Shown piece by piece: positions 45,309 to 54,476 of a stretch of 64,000 bases of DNA. The DNA lies in the IMG/VR virus record IMGVR_UViG_3300025608_000015, positions 1 to 64,000 of that record; one strand, 5' to 3'. The notes under the pieces are model-generated. The model was not told where the DNA came from and ran no database searches. It worked only from the letters and a program-made list of their open reading frames with translations. Positions within the stretch are counted from its first letter, which is position 1; each line of letters begins with the position of its first letter. Origin of the DNA: a virus (Duplodnaviria; Caudoviricetes). A program made the translations under genes and the position numbers.

Positions 45309-46505
45309 ATGGCAAATATACTTAATGGATTTTTAGATAACTTAGTCGGCGGTGCAACTAATCCCAAAGGATCTTTTGGCGATTACAAACACGCATCGAG
45401 ACTTTATGTTGATAGTGCTTTTAGACTTGCTCCTAAAACCAAATACCTTTATCATGTAGTATTTTCTATTGGTCAAGCTGCCAAAGATGTATTCATTAAC
45501 TTTCATCAAAGACATACCAACGAAATTAACTTATTAGTAAAATCAGTAGATCTTCCTAGTTATAGCGTAAACACTGTAACTAAAAATATGTACAATCGCA
45601 AAAAGAATTTACAAACAACATTAGAGTACGAACCGATAAATTTTGTATTCCACGACGATAATCTCGGTGTAACTAGTACTTTAATGGAGGCATATTATAG
45701 ATATTATTTTAGAGATGGAACCCATATAGAAAGCGGTTCAAGTAATGCTTTTATGTCAAGAAATACCTATGGCGGAGAGTACCAACATAAAAGCAGATAT
45801 GGTTTAGACAGCGGAGCTTCTGTTCCGTTTTTTGATAAGATAACAATTTATCAAATGGCTAGACACGAATATATTGCCTATACTCTTGTTAATCCTTTGG
45901 TTACTAATTTTGGTCACGATAAACTAGATCAATCAGACGCACAGGGAGTTGCAGAAAATTCAATGCAGGTTGCATATGAAGCAGTGTTATATAGTAGAGG
46001 ACCTACAGGAGAAGATTCTCCTCCAGGATTTGCCAAAGAACACTACGATACTACTCCTAGTCCTTTAGGTGTTGCTGGCGGCGGTACACAAAGTTTGCTA
46101 GGACAAGGAGGTGTTCTAGGAGGTATACAAGGTGTTCTAGACGATGTTGCTAGTGGTAATGTAAGTCTTGGAACTTTACGAGATGCAGCTAATGTGTTTA
46201 CAAATGCTAAAGGACTAACCTCAGAAGGATTAAGAGAAGAAGGTTTGAATATTTTTAAAGCAGCTGTACAGCAAGCAGGACAATCACAGTCAGGTCAGAC
46301 AGCAGGATACAACTTTCCAAAGAACACCGGCAATGGTGGATTCTTCCAAAAACTTGAAGCAATCGGCGGTGCTATTAATACTTCTGCTAAAAATTATGAA
46401 CAAAAAATACAAGGCGCAGTCGCTACAGGAAAAGCAAACAGTAAAGTAAGCAATGCTGATCTATCCAATAGAGATGCTTCTGGCAGAGTAAGAGGAGGAC
46501 TATAA
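45309..46505 (+). CDS. Tube-fold baseplate/tail-tube initiator protein (gp54/gp48-like)
   Basis: LVKSVDLPSY.V.T...N.YNRK......EY.PI...FHDD, Y.L.NP....F.HD.LD, M.V.YE.V.Y form a tube-like fold; low-complexity Gly-rich tail. Confidence 0.65.
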   Translation: MANILNGFLDNLVGGATNPKGSFGDYKHASRLYVDSAFRLAPKTKYLYHVVFSIGQAAKDVFINFHQRHTNEINLLVKSVDLPSYSVNTVTKNMYNRKKNLQTTLEYEPINFVFHDDNLGVTSTLMEAYYRYYFRDGTHIESGSSNAFMSRNTYGGEYQHKSRYGLDSGASVPFFDKITIYQMARHEYIAYTLVNPLVTNFGHDKLDQSDAQGVAENSMQVAYEAVLYSRGPTGEDSPPGFAKEHYDTTPSPLGVAGGGTQSLLGQGGVLGGIQGVLDDVASGNVSLGTLRDAANVFTNAKGLTSEGLREEGLNIFKAAVQQAGQSQSGQTAGYNFPKNTGNGGFFQKLEAIGGAINTSAKNYEQKIQGAVATGKANSKVSNADLSNRDASGRVRGGL

Positions 46506-46948
46506 TGAGTAACTTACCTGCTAGTACGAGAATAGATAGCTCAACTAAAGTAAAAGAATTTTACAACAAATATTTTACAAAAAAACTTGCATTTCCTGCA
46601 AATGAAGTTGATGCAGTGGTTGGGTTTTTTGAAAAACGTGGATTTGAAAAAGTAAGTGCTACAGCGGTAGCAGGCCTTTTACTACAACAAGCAAAATTAG
46701 ATAATATTAAAACTTTTGAATTATTAGACGGTATTAAAAATTTTAATAAAGTGCAACTTGATGCAGTAGTTGCAGAAATATTAAACTACAATAGAGAAAA
46801 TATTAGTAGTATAGGATATAGAACAATAACAGGCAACAGACTAGAAGCTAGAAACATTGGCGATCAAGAGTTTGTTGAAGTTGTAATTACAGACGACACA
46901 ACCACATTTATGGAACTTGGATTTGTCGAACCAGGTTATGTAGTATAG
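46505..46948 (+). CDS. Hypothetical protein (baseplate region)
   Basis: 147-aa helical ORF translationally coupled to the upstream gene. Confidence 0.65.
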   Translation: MSNLPASTRIDSSTKVKEFYNKYFTKKLAFPANEVDAVVGFFEKRGFEKVSATAVAGLLLQQAKLDNIKTFELLDGIKNFNKVQLDAVVAEILNYNRENISSIGYRTITGNRLEARNIGDQEFVEVVITDDTTTFMELGFVEPGYVV

Positions 46949-46956
46949 GAAATAAG

Positions 46957-48276
46957 ATGGCTATTACATTAAGAACAATTAAAGGTGCAGCACTTACTCA
47001 TGTAGAGTTAGACGGAAACTTTTCCGATTTAGATGGCAGAGTAGATAATTTACAAACCACTGTTGATAACATACCCGACATAGGAAACGAAAATGTAGAT
47101 TTTGGATCTAATAAAATTCTATATTCTAATTCAGTAGCAACTGAGAACGATCTTGCTTCTTATAATCCAAACACCTACAGTGGTATGACTTTGCAAGCAA
47201 ATGATACTGGCGCACTATATTATGCACATGCCGGTGCATGGCGTAAGTTAATTACAGATGTAACATACGGAAATCCGCAATCACAAGGGTATGTAAGTCC
47301 ATTATCAAATCTAGCATACACAGGATCATTCAATGATCTAACAGATGTTCCGCCTGTATTTACATTTGACGGTTCATATACAAGTTTAACAAACAAACCT
47401 ACTATACCGCAAGACGTATCAGAACTTGCAGACGTTGGTGGAATATTGTTTAGTGGCAACTATAATGATCTTATTAATAGACCAGCTATTGCAACTGATA
47501 CTAATCAATTAACAAATAGTGCAGGATTTATTACAATAAGTTCTATACCTACTCTATTGTCAGAGTTTACAAACGATGTAGGATATATTACTGCAGAAAC
47601 TGATAGTCAAACTCTTTCGTTGGTTAGTACAACACTTTCTATTTCAAATGGTAACAGTGTAGATTTGTCAAGTATTGTAGGAGATACTGTAGGTAATTTT
47701 AGTTTTGCAAATAGTATAATTGACACGGACGATAGTAGTGCAATTACTGTAACACCGGCAACTACATTTTCAAGCGATGTTGTTATCGAAAACAGCCTGA
47801 AATTTAACGACAGTGTTATTGTAGATTTTACAAATGTTAATGTAGTAGGATTACAAATTGCACAACAAGGCACAACTTTTACTTCTAATGTAGAATTCCA
47901 AGCAGGAGTTGATTTTACAGGAGCCACTGTCACAGGGTTACCTGGCGGTGGAGATCAAACATTAAACACAACAGACGACGTTATTTTTAACACAGTTACA
48001 GCAACTGATTTTGTTTTTACAGGTGTAGGGAATCCTACATTTGATAGTGGAGCCGATTTTGTTTTTAATACAGGAAATAGTGAAGGCGTTCTTGCAGTAG
48101 ATGGCAGTATTTCTGCATCCAAAGTTTTAGAATTAACAGCCCAAACCTCGGCACCCACTGCTGTTAGTGGAAGTTTTGCTGTAGCAGACGGCGTAAGCTG
48201 GGATCCAGGATTAAAAAGTGGTACAGACCCGTATCCTGTGTTTTATGATGGAACTTCTTGGAATGCGCTTTATTAA
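46957..48276 (+). CDS. Virion fibre/adaptor protein (shares a domain with 22920..24254)
   Basis: MAITLR..KG..LT..ELDGNF..LD N-terminus; TGALYYAHAGAWRKLITD; G.Y.DL.N.P.I repeats. Confidence 0.65.
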   Translation: MAITLRTIKGAALTHVELDGNFSDLDGRVDNLQTTVDNIPDIGNENVDFGSNKILYSNSVATENDLASYNPNTYSGMTLQANDTGALYYAHAGAWRKLITDVTYGNPQSQGYVSPLSNLAYTGSFNDLTDVPPVFTFDGSYTSLTNKPTIPQDVSELADVGGILFSGNYNDLINRPAIATDTNQLTNSAGFITISSIPTLLSEFTNDVGYITAETDSQTLSLVSTTLSISNGNSVDLSSIVGDTVGNFSFANSIIDTDDSSAITVTPATTFSSDVVIENSLKFNDSVIVDFTNVNVVGLQIAQQGTTFTSNVEFQAGVDFTGATVTGLPGGGDQTLNTTDDVIFNTVTATDFVFTGVGNPTFDSGADFVFNTGNSEGVLAVDGSISASKVLELTAQTSAPTAVSGSFAVADGVSWDPGLKSGTDPYPVFYDGTSWNALY

Positions 48277-48287
48277 GGAAATTCAAA

Positions 48288-51200
48288 ATGTCTGAAAATC
48301 GTTGTGTAGTTACTTTACACAAAGGCGTCAATAAAGCAGACTTTATGCAAGAAATGCATACTGCTGGGTATACTGTCCATAACGAAAAACCAGAAAGTTT
48401 GCGTAATTTTGATTTAATAATGACTGTAGAACAGGCAGAAACTTTACGAACAGATACTCGTGTTATAGATGTAAGAGTAGGTTCTAAAATAGAAAACGGC
48501 GGTGAATTGCTTCATAATGTAGGACGTACCGGAGAACGAACAGCTAATCAAGGATTTTATTACTCAGACAAAACTGACTGGGGTAAATGGATGAGTACAC
48601 ATGGTACTAGAAGTTTTACTGTAAGACCAGACGGCTGGGTTGATGGAATTACTGCTTCAGGAAAAAATGTAGATATAGTTATATGCGATAGTGGCATTCT
48701 TGCTGATCATCCAGAATGGAGAGATCCTATTACAGGCGTAAGTAGACTACAGCAAGTAGATTGGCCTGCAGAAGCAGGATTGTCTGGCACATATACTCAA
48801 GGAGCTCAACATTACACAGACCAATATGGTCACGGCACACATTGTAGTAGTACAGTCGCTGGTGCAAGATTTGGCTGGGCTCCATCTGCTAACATCTATG
48901 CTATTAAAATTTTCGATACAGATGCATTCGGAACTAGTTTAGCAATTAATTTAATGAGGCTTTGGCATCAAAACAAAACAAATGATAATCCTACAATTAT
49001 GAGTAATAGTTGGGGATATTTTTCTCCTTATATTAACATCACAGGGGGTAATTATAGAGGCACTCCTTGGACTGGAACTACCATGCAATCTCAATACGGC
49101 ATGGTTGAAAGCCAGCAAAACAATGATGGAGATTATCTTTTTCCTGTTAACTTTGCTTCAGTTGATGCTGATATACAAGATTGTATCGATGCAGGTATAA
49201 TAGTCGTTGCTGCTGCAGGTAATGATAAACACAAAGTAGATGTTCCAGGCGGAGACGATTACGATAACTATTGGACTTCTAGTGTATACGGAACACGGTA
49301 TTATCATAGAGGAGCAACTCCAGGAAACGGCGATGTAATAACTGTAGGAGCTATGAACTTCGGTAATGGAAGCACCAGCGGCTGGAATCCACCTACAAAT
49401 AATATAAGATCAAGTTTTAGTAATGCAGGTCCAGGAGTTGATTTATATGCTCCAGGAAGTTGGATTATGGGAGCTATACCTGAAGGAAGTACAATATGGA
49501 ACGGGTACTCTGCAGATTATAGAGGTGACTATTATCTTGATACTAACTATAGGGCTATGGCAATTTCTGGTACATCAATGGCGTGTCCGCAAGTAACAGG
49601 AGTAATTGCACAGCTAGCAGAAGCTAGACGCAAATGGAATCATTATCAATTTAAAGATTATATTTCACAACTTGCTTGGTCTAATCATATGAAAGGAACT
49701 GGCAACACAGATGATTACACATCGGACCAAACAATATTTGGCGGACCAAATAAACTTTTAAGGGCACCTTTTATATCAGCAAAAAAACTTACAATGAGTA
49801 ATGGTGGCTCAGATAGAGAAATAGACTTCCTTGTAAAATATCCTAGAACAACAATTACAGAAGGAGAAGATTTAGAAATATATGTTTTCCGTGATTCAGA
49901 AAACACCGACGATTATTGGTCTTTTTATCCTTGGGAGTGGGACAATACACGTGACACTGATAACAGATACGATAGTTTAAACTGGGAATCTGGAATCTTA
50001 CAAAGATTTTATTATAATAGCACAGGAGAACAAGTCCGCAATGTGCCAAGTGATGCGATGCCTATGTATAAGGTAACAAAAATTACAATACCTACAAAAA
50101 ACATAGATGCATCCCAACCTAGATCTATAATGATAGTGCCCAAATTTAATAGTCCTGCATTTAATTACAATGTTTATACTAGCATGGAAAACTACTTAAC
50201 TTTAAACCCTAATGCTGCAAAAATTACCTTATTACCTAGTGGTATTCCTGTTCCTGCAGATAGAACATACTCTCTATCAGGACCTAGTTCAGTAACAGAA
50301 GGTGATGGCACAATTACTGTAACACTTACAACAACAAATGTTCCAGACGGTACTATTGTTCCTTTAACGGTAACATCAACAAGCGGAAACTGGTATTACG
50401 AAGTATCAAACAGTTCTGGTGCGGCAATTAGAGGAAGACAATACTTTGAAATAAACAATAACACAGGAACAGCAAGGTTTACAATCCTCGCAAATGAAGC
50501 TATAGAGCCTACACAAACTTTGACTATATCTGTCAATGACGGCGCAAATGGAGATTCTCTAAATATAACAGTGGTAGATGACGGAACAACAAGGACTCCT
50601 GATTGGCTTAGATGGCAACTATACTGGGACTCAAGTTCAAGTGGAAGAGTAAATTCTTTAGTGAGTGGATCAACAACAGACTATTATTATCCACCAGGCG
50701 CTAAACTAGGAATATATGCAATATTATACAACATTCCTGCAGGCACAACATTTGATTATGAAATAACTGTAGATCAGGGCAATGCCAGTGATTATTTTGA
50801 TAATCCTACAGGTACGTTAACAGTTACAAATGTTCCAACAATTGATGGTTTTATGCGAACACTTAACTATTGGCTCTTTACTCTTAAAGCAGGACCTATT
50901 CTAAAAGGCAACTTTATGACCTTAAATATAACCAGCGCAACTGATAGTCAAGGCAACTCTATTCCATCTGTTACAGGAGACAACTTGGTTCCATTTTATG
51001 ATGACACTCCTAATCAAACTTATGCAATAACTACAGCCACATTTTATACGCAAGGCCAAGATAGAATTTTAGATAATGGTTCTAACAAAACAAAAACATA
51101 TTTTGTAGGTGACACAGTAGAACTTACTGTAACAAAAGCAGTAAAAATAGGTAGACAGTATTCAGGAGCTAGCGACGGAGACTATGCAAATCTAAGTTCT

Positions 51201-51362
51201 GGTACAATAACACTAAGTCCTAGTGAACCTACTGGATTGTGGATATGGTATGAAGGATCATCGATAGTAGAAAAATTAGTATGGCTAGACGCTAGCAATA
51301 ATGCACAACTGTCAAATACTGGCTCAAACGAATTTTATCCTGCTAGTTTTAGATTTAGGTAA
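48288..51362 (+). CDS. S8 (subtilisin-like) protease with long Ig/Calx-beta-like C-terminal extension
   Basis: Likely start MSENRC at 48288 (AAGGA RBS); triad DSG / HGTHC / GTSMACPQVTG, AAGND; YSLSGP.SVTEG..TITVTLTT.NVPDGT Calx-beta-like segment. Confidence 0.9.
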   Translation: MSENRCVVTLHKGVNKADFMQEMHTAGYTVHNEKPESLRNFDLIMTVEQAETLRTDTRVIDVRVGSKIENGGELLHNVGRTGERTANQGFYYSDKTDWGKWMSTHGTRSFTVRPDGWVDGITASGKNVDIVICDSGILADHPEWRDPITGVSRLQQVDWPAEAGLSGTYTQGAQHYTDQYGHGTHCSSTVAGARFGWAPSANIYAIKIFDTDAFGTSLAINLMRLWHQNKTNDNPTIMSNSWGYFSPYINITGGNYRGTPWTGTTMQSQYGMVESQQNNDGDYLFPVNFASVDADIQDCIDAGIIVVAAAGNDKHKVDVPGGDDYDNYWTSSVYGTRYYHRGATPGNGDVITVGAMNFGNGSTSGWNPPTNNIRSSFSNAGPGVDLYAPGSWIMGAIPEGSTIWNGYSADYRGDYYLDTNYRAMAISGTSMACPQVTGVIAQLAEARRKWNHYQFKDYISQLAWSNHMKGTGNTDDYTSDQTIFGGPNKLLRAPFISAKKLTMSNGGSDREIDFLVKYPRTTITEGEDLEIYVFRDSENTDDYWSFYPWEWDNTRDTDNRYDSLNWESGILQRFYYNSTGEQVRNVPSDAMPMYKVTKITIPTKNIDASQPRSIMIVPKFNSPAFNYNVYTSMENYLTLNPNAAKITLLPSGIPVPADRTYSLSGPSSVTEGDGTITVTLTTTNVPDGTIVPLTVTSTSGNWYYEVSNSSGAAIRGRQYFEINNNTGTARFTILANEAIEPTQTLTISVNDGANGDSLNITVVDDGTTRTPDWLRWQLYWDSSSSGRVNSLVSGSTTDYYYPPGAKLGIYAILYNIPAGTTFDYEITVDQGNASDYFDNPTGTLTVTNVPTIDGFMRTLNYWLFTLKAGPILKGNFMTLNITSATDSQGNSIPSVTGDNLVPFYDDTPNQTYAITTATFYTQGQDRILDNGSNKTKTYFVGDTVELTVTKAVKIGRQYSGASDGDYANLSSGTITLSPSEPTGLWIWYEGSSIVEKLVWLDASNNAQLSNTGSNEFYPASFRFR

Positions 51363-51367
51363 TTAAA

Positions 51368-51805
51368 ATGTCTAGATTTGCTCAAGGAAAATTTAATCTA
51401 AAAAACCCTGACAAATACATGGGCAACAAAACACCTACTTATCGTTCGAGTTGGGAGTTTGCATTTATGCGGTTCTGTGACGAACATGCAGGAATAGCAA
51501 AGTGGGCAAGCGAAGCAATACGAATTCCATACCGTAATCCATTAACCGGAAAACAAACAATTTATGTACCAGACTTTTTTATTGCTTATGCAGACAAAAA
51601 CGGTAGACAACATGTAGAATTAATAGAAGTAAAACCAGAAAATCAAACCGTAAAAGAAAGTCTAGGCAATTCGCAACACAATAAAGCACATTGGGTTATA
51701 AATCAAGCAAAATGGGAAGCAGCAAATGCATGGTGTAAACAACAAGGCATTAAGTTTCGTGTAATCAGTGAAAAGGATATTTTCCATCAAGGAAGACGCA
51801 GATAA
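51368..51805 (+). CDS. gp4: Head completion nuclease-like protein (T4 gp4-like, TnsA fold)
   Basis: G.F...NP.KY.G....YRSSWE..FM.FCD, WASE...IPY, Y.PDF, IEVKP..Q, N.AKW.AA...C...G..F....E. Confidence 0.85.
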   Translation: MSRFAQGKFNLKNPDKYMGNKTPTYRSSWEFAFMRFCDEHAGIAKWASEAIRIPYRNPLTGKQTIYVPDFFIAYADKNGRQHVELIEVKPENQTVKESLGNSQHNKAHWVINQAKWEAANAWCKQQGIKFRVISEKDIFHQGRRR

Positions 51806-51808
51806 ATA
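51803..51808 (+). promoter_or_regulatory. Late-promoter-like TAAATA (overlaps stop codon)
   Basis: About 24 nt before the 51833 start. Confidence 0.5.
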
Positions 51809-51832
51809 AGTGCGTATATTAAGGTTAGTGTT

Positions 51833-52327
51833 ATGACTAAGAAACTAGAAGATTTATTAAACATGCCCGAAAATCAACAGTTTGTTGAAGATGCAAAAGA
51901 AGAATCTAAAAAAACTCAAAGACAAAAGAACAAAGAAGTTGTTGCCGAAATACAAGAGTTTGACAAAATTGCTTCTGCTTTGCCTAAAGTAAAAGGCCTA
52001 GGTGAAATGGCTGACGAAGAATTAGACGAAGTTGCTGACAAAGCCATGGCAGCATATGAAGATTTAATGGATCTAGGTATGAATGTAGAAAGTCGCTATT
52101 CAGGTAGAGTATTTGAAGTAGCCAGCACATTTTTAAAAACTAACCTAGATAGTAAAGTTGCAAAGTTGGACAAAAAGTTAAAAATGGTAGAATTGCAATT
52201 AAAAAAAGAAAAACTGGACAGAGATAGTTCGAATGATGAACAAGGTATTATCAATGGCGAAGGATATGTTGTCACTGATAGAAACAGCCTACTAGAGCGT
52301 CTAAAAGGGCTAGACAAGGATAAATAA
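51833..52327 (+). CDS. Putative terminase small subunit-like coiled-coil protein
   Basis: 164 aa helical; R.FEVA..FL motif resembles T4 gp16 (PRA.EV); lies upstream of the large terminase. Confidence 0.45.
   Translation: MTKKLEDLLNMPENQQFVEDAKEESKKTQRQKNKEVVAEIQEFDKIASALPKVKGLGEMADEELDEVADKAMAAYEDLMDLGMNVESRYSGRVFEVASTFLKTNLDSKVAKLDKKLKMVELQLKKEKLDRDSSNDEQGIINGEGYVVTDRNSLLERLKGLDKDK
52321..52326 (+). promoter_or_regulatory. Late-promoter-like TAAATA
   Basis: 5 nt upstream of the 52332 ATG. Confidence 0.5.
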
Positions 52328-52331
52328 TATT

Positions 52332-52898
52332 ATGAAAAGTTTTGTAGAATATTTGACCGAATCAAAAAAGACCTATGATTTCAAAATTGGAATTGCTGGT
52401 GAATTACCAGAAGGGTGTGTAGATAAATTAGAAACATCATTGCAAAAGTTTGGTGTCGCTAACATGAGTAGTGGAAAGAAAACTCCTATTCAGGAACGTC
52501 CATTAGACTTCCCACAATTATCAAACATGGAAGTTACCTACTACGAAGTTAGTTTAAACTATCCAACTACTAGACAAGTGTTAGAACAATATATTCCATA
52601 TTGCTGTGATTTACCTGTAAGTCATGTTATTGTACGTGGCGTAGGCGAAGCTCAAGAAGAGTACCAAGAACCTAAGTCAAACGAACCATACGAAGCATTG
52701 CTTACAAAAGAAGAATTAGAAGACGGTCCTGTTAAAGATCCGCAGAGTACAGCGGGCACAACTCGTGTTATGGATCTTCTAAAAGAACTAGAGCAAGTTC
52801 GCAAAGAAAGAGATAATGATCCAATGGAAGGCGCACCAGTGGGTGAAAGCACAGATATTGATGATTCAGAAAATAGTAAAAGCCCGTTAGGAAGTTAA
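52332..52898 (+). CDS. Hypothetical head-region protein
   Basis: MKSFVEYLTES start typical of T4-like capsid-targeted, protease-processed proteins; acidic C-terminus. Confidence 0.55.
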   Translation: MKSFVEYLTESKKTYDFKIGIAGELPEGCVDKLETSLQKFGVANMSSGKKTPIQERPLDFPQLSNMEVTYYEVSLNYPTTRQVLEQYIPYCCDLPVSHVIVRGVGEAQEEYQEPKSNEPYEALLTKEELEDGPVKDPQSTAGTTRVMDLLKELEQVRKERDNDPMEGAPVGESTDIDDSENSKSPLGS

Positions 52899-52900
52899 TC

Positions 52901-54250
52901 ATGAGTGACAATATGTTAGACATCTTAAAGAATTTTGATGCAACAACTAAAAGCAAGTCTAAGACAGCTACATCAGCAGACAAAAATAGTATGCAATCTA
53001 TTTTAGAATCATTTAATCGTGTAGGCGAAGCTCCAATGCCTGTGCCAGCTCCGGCAGCTATGCCACAAGAGCCACAAGGTCAGCCAGTTTCAATGAACGT
53101 AAGTTTAAACGCAAGTGGCAAAGATCATGTAGATGATTTATTAAAACTCATGCAAAACGCAGGACTATCAGGTGCAGGACAAGTAGGTCCATCAGACACT
53201 AAATTAGATGTTGACATGGACGGTGATAACCAACCCGACATTGCACTAATGCCTAAAGAAGAAAGCATTGAAGAAGCAGACGAAGATCAACTAAGATCTT
53301 GGTATAAAAAATATAATCAATATGACAGTGCAGACATCGGTAGTTTAGCAGACGGCATGTTTAAGTTCTTTCAAGATTCGGGTGTGGATTTAGACACAGT
53401 CGAAAAAAGTGAATACGATGCACTCGTAGCAAAACACGGCGAAGACAAAATACTAGGTAATGCCTTGAGATTTTTAAGTGATGAGGATACACCTATCACT
53501 AAAGCAATGTTCGACGAGTTTGAAAGAATAATGGGCGAACCTGCAGATGAAGAAAGTTCAGAAAAAGCGGTATCATTGCTGGGACTGGATGAAAGTCAAG
53601 AAGATCTAAACAGTATTAGAAGACTTAGTGGTCTTGAAGAAGTAGTAGTAGGCGGTAATGCAGAGCCAGAAGATCCTGATTCAGTATTCGCAAGACTTAT
53701 GAGTGATATTTCTGAAATCCAAAATGCAGCAATGGACGATAATGACATGGCCGATGACATTGCAGACGAACTAGGCGACTACTTAAGAAATGGTGATGCT
53801 CCAGAAGGCTCGCACTATGAAAAAGCTATTGGCATAGTTATGGATGCAATACATGACGGTCCACAAGCACAAGCAGAAGCGGCAGAAGAAGCAATAAGTT
53901 TCCTACACAGTGCGGAAGAAGAAGCTCGCGGAAATAATGAATCATATGCTAATAGTCCAGATGGTTCTCCTGACGAAGAAGAATACAAAGATACACAATA
54001 CATGACAAAAGATTTGTCAGGTGGTTTAAATCGTGAAAAGAAAATGTATGCCAAAGCTCAGGACGGCGACAACGCAATGGCTGTAGAAAGTATCAAAGAT
54101 ATGCTATATAGAGCTCTTGAAGAAAAGAAATCTAAGAAAGGCGATGGTAATTTAGCAAACAACTATCCTCCATATGATAAAGTAACTAGAGGCGATATTA
54201 TTGCAGGCGCTACTGGCAAAGATCAAAAAGGCGGAAAGAAGAAAAAATGA
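52901..54250 (+). CDS. Acidic hypothetical protein (possible internal head/scaffold-like)
   Basis: 449 aa, D/E-rich, segmented by xxE|S/A motifs; basic C-terminal GGKKKK. Confidence 0.6.
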   Translation: MSDNMLDILKNFDATTKSKSKTATSADKNSMQSILESFNRVGEAPMPVPAPAAMPQEPQGQPVSMNVSLNASGKDHVDDLLKLMQNAGLSGAGQVGPSDTKLDVDMDGDNQPDIALMPKEESIEEADEDQLRSWYKKYNQYDSADIGSLADGMFKFFQDSGVDLDTVEKSEYDALVAKHGEDKILGNALRFLSDEDTPITKAMFDEFERIMGEPADEESSEKAVSLLGLDESQEDLNSIRRLSGLEEVVVGGNAEPEDPDSVFARLMSDISEIQNAAMDDNDMADDIADELGDYLRNGDAPEGSHYEKAIGIVMDAIHDGPQAQAEAAEEAISFLHSAEEEARGNNESYANSPDGSPDEEEYKDTQYMTKDLSGGLNREKKMYAKAQDGDNAMAVESIKDMLYRALEEKKSKKGDGNLANNYPPYDKVTRGDIIAGATGKDQKGGKKKK

Positions 54251-54432
54251 AAATCTTTGAAGTTACGCAAGACGTCTTAGAAAGAAAAGGCAAGAAAAGT
54301 AGTAATAAGAAGAAAGGTAAAAAGTCTCCAGCAGGTGGACCAGCTTGTTGGGACGGTAAGAAAATCCATCCTACAAAGCCAACTAAAATGAAAGGCGGCA
54401 AACGAGTTAATAACTGCATAGACGCAGGATAA
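54247..54432 (+). CDS. Small Lys-rich protein with CW.G...K.KGG..V.NC motif
   Basis: ATGA overlap with the upstream stop; 61 aa; followed by a terminator. Confidence 0.7.
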   Translation: MKIFEVTQDVLERKGKKSSNKKKGKKSPAGGPACWDGKKIHPTKPTKMKGGKRVNNCIDAG

Positions 54433-54435
54433 ATC

Positions 54436-54460
54436 AAAAGCCCCGCAAGGGGCTTTTTTT
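54436..54460 (+). terminator. Rho-independent terminator
   Basis: AAAAGCCCC-GCAA-GGGGCTTTT followed by TTT. Confidence 0.85.
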
Positions 54461-54465
54461 ATGGT

Positions 54466-54471
54466 TAAATA
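54466..54471 (+). promoter_or_regulatory. Late-promoter-like TAAATA (for terminase)
   Basis: Directly after the terminator and 5 nt before the ATG. Confidence 0.55.
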
Positions 54472-54476
54472 AAAGT

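Noticed and set aside
37037-46505. Bacterial extracellular contractile injection system or tailocin
   Set aside because: Terminase, neck, head-completion, gp32, UvsX and UvsY genes indicate a full phage.
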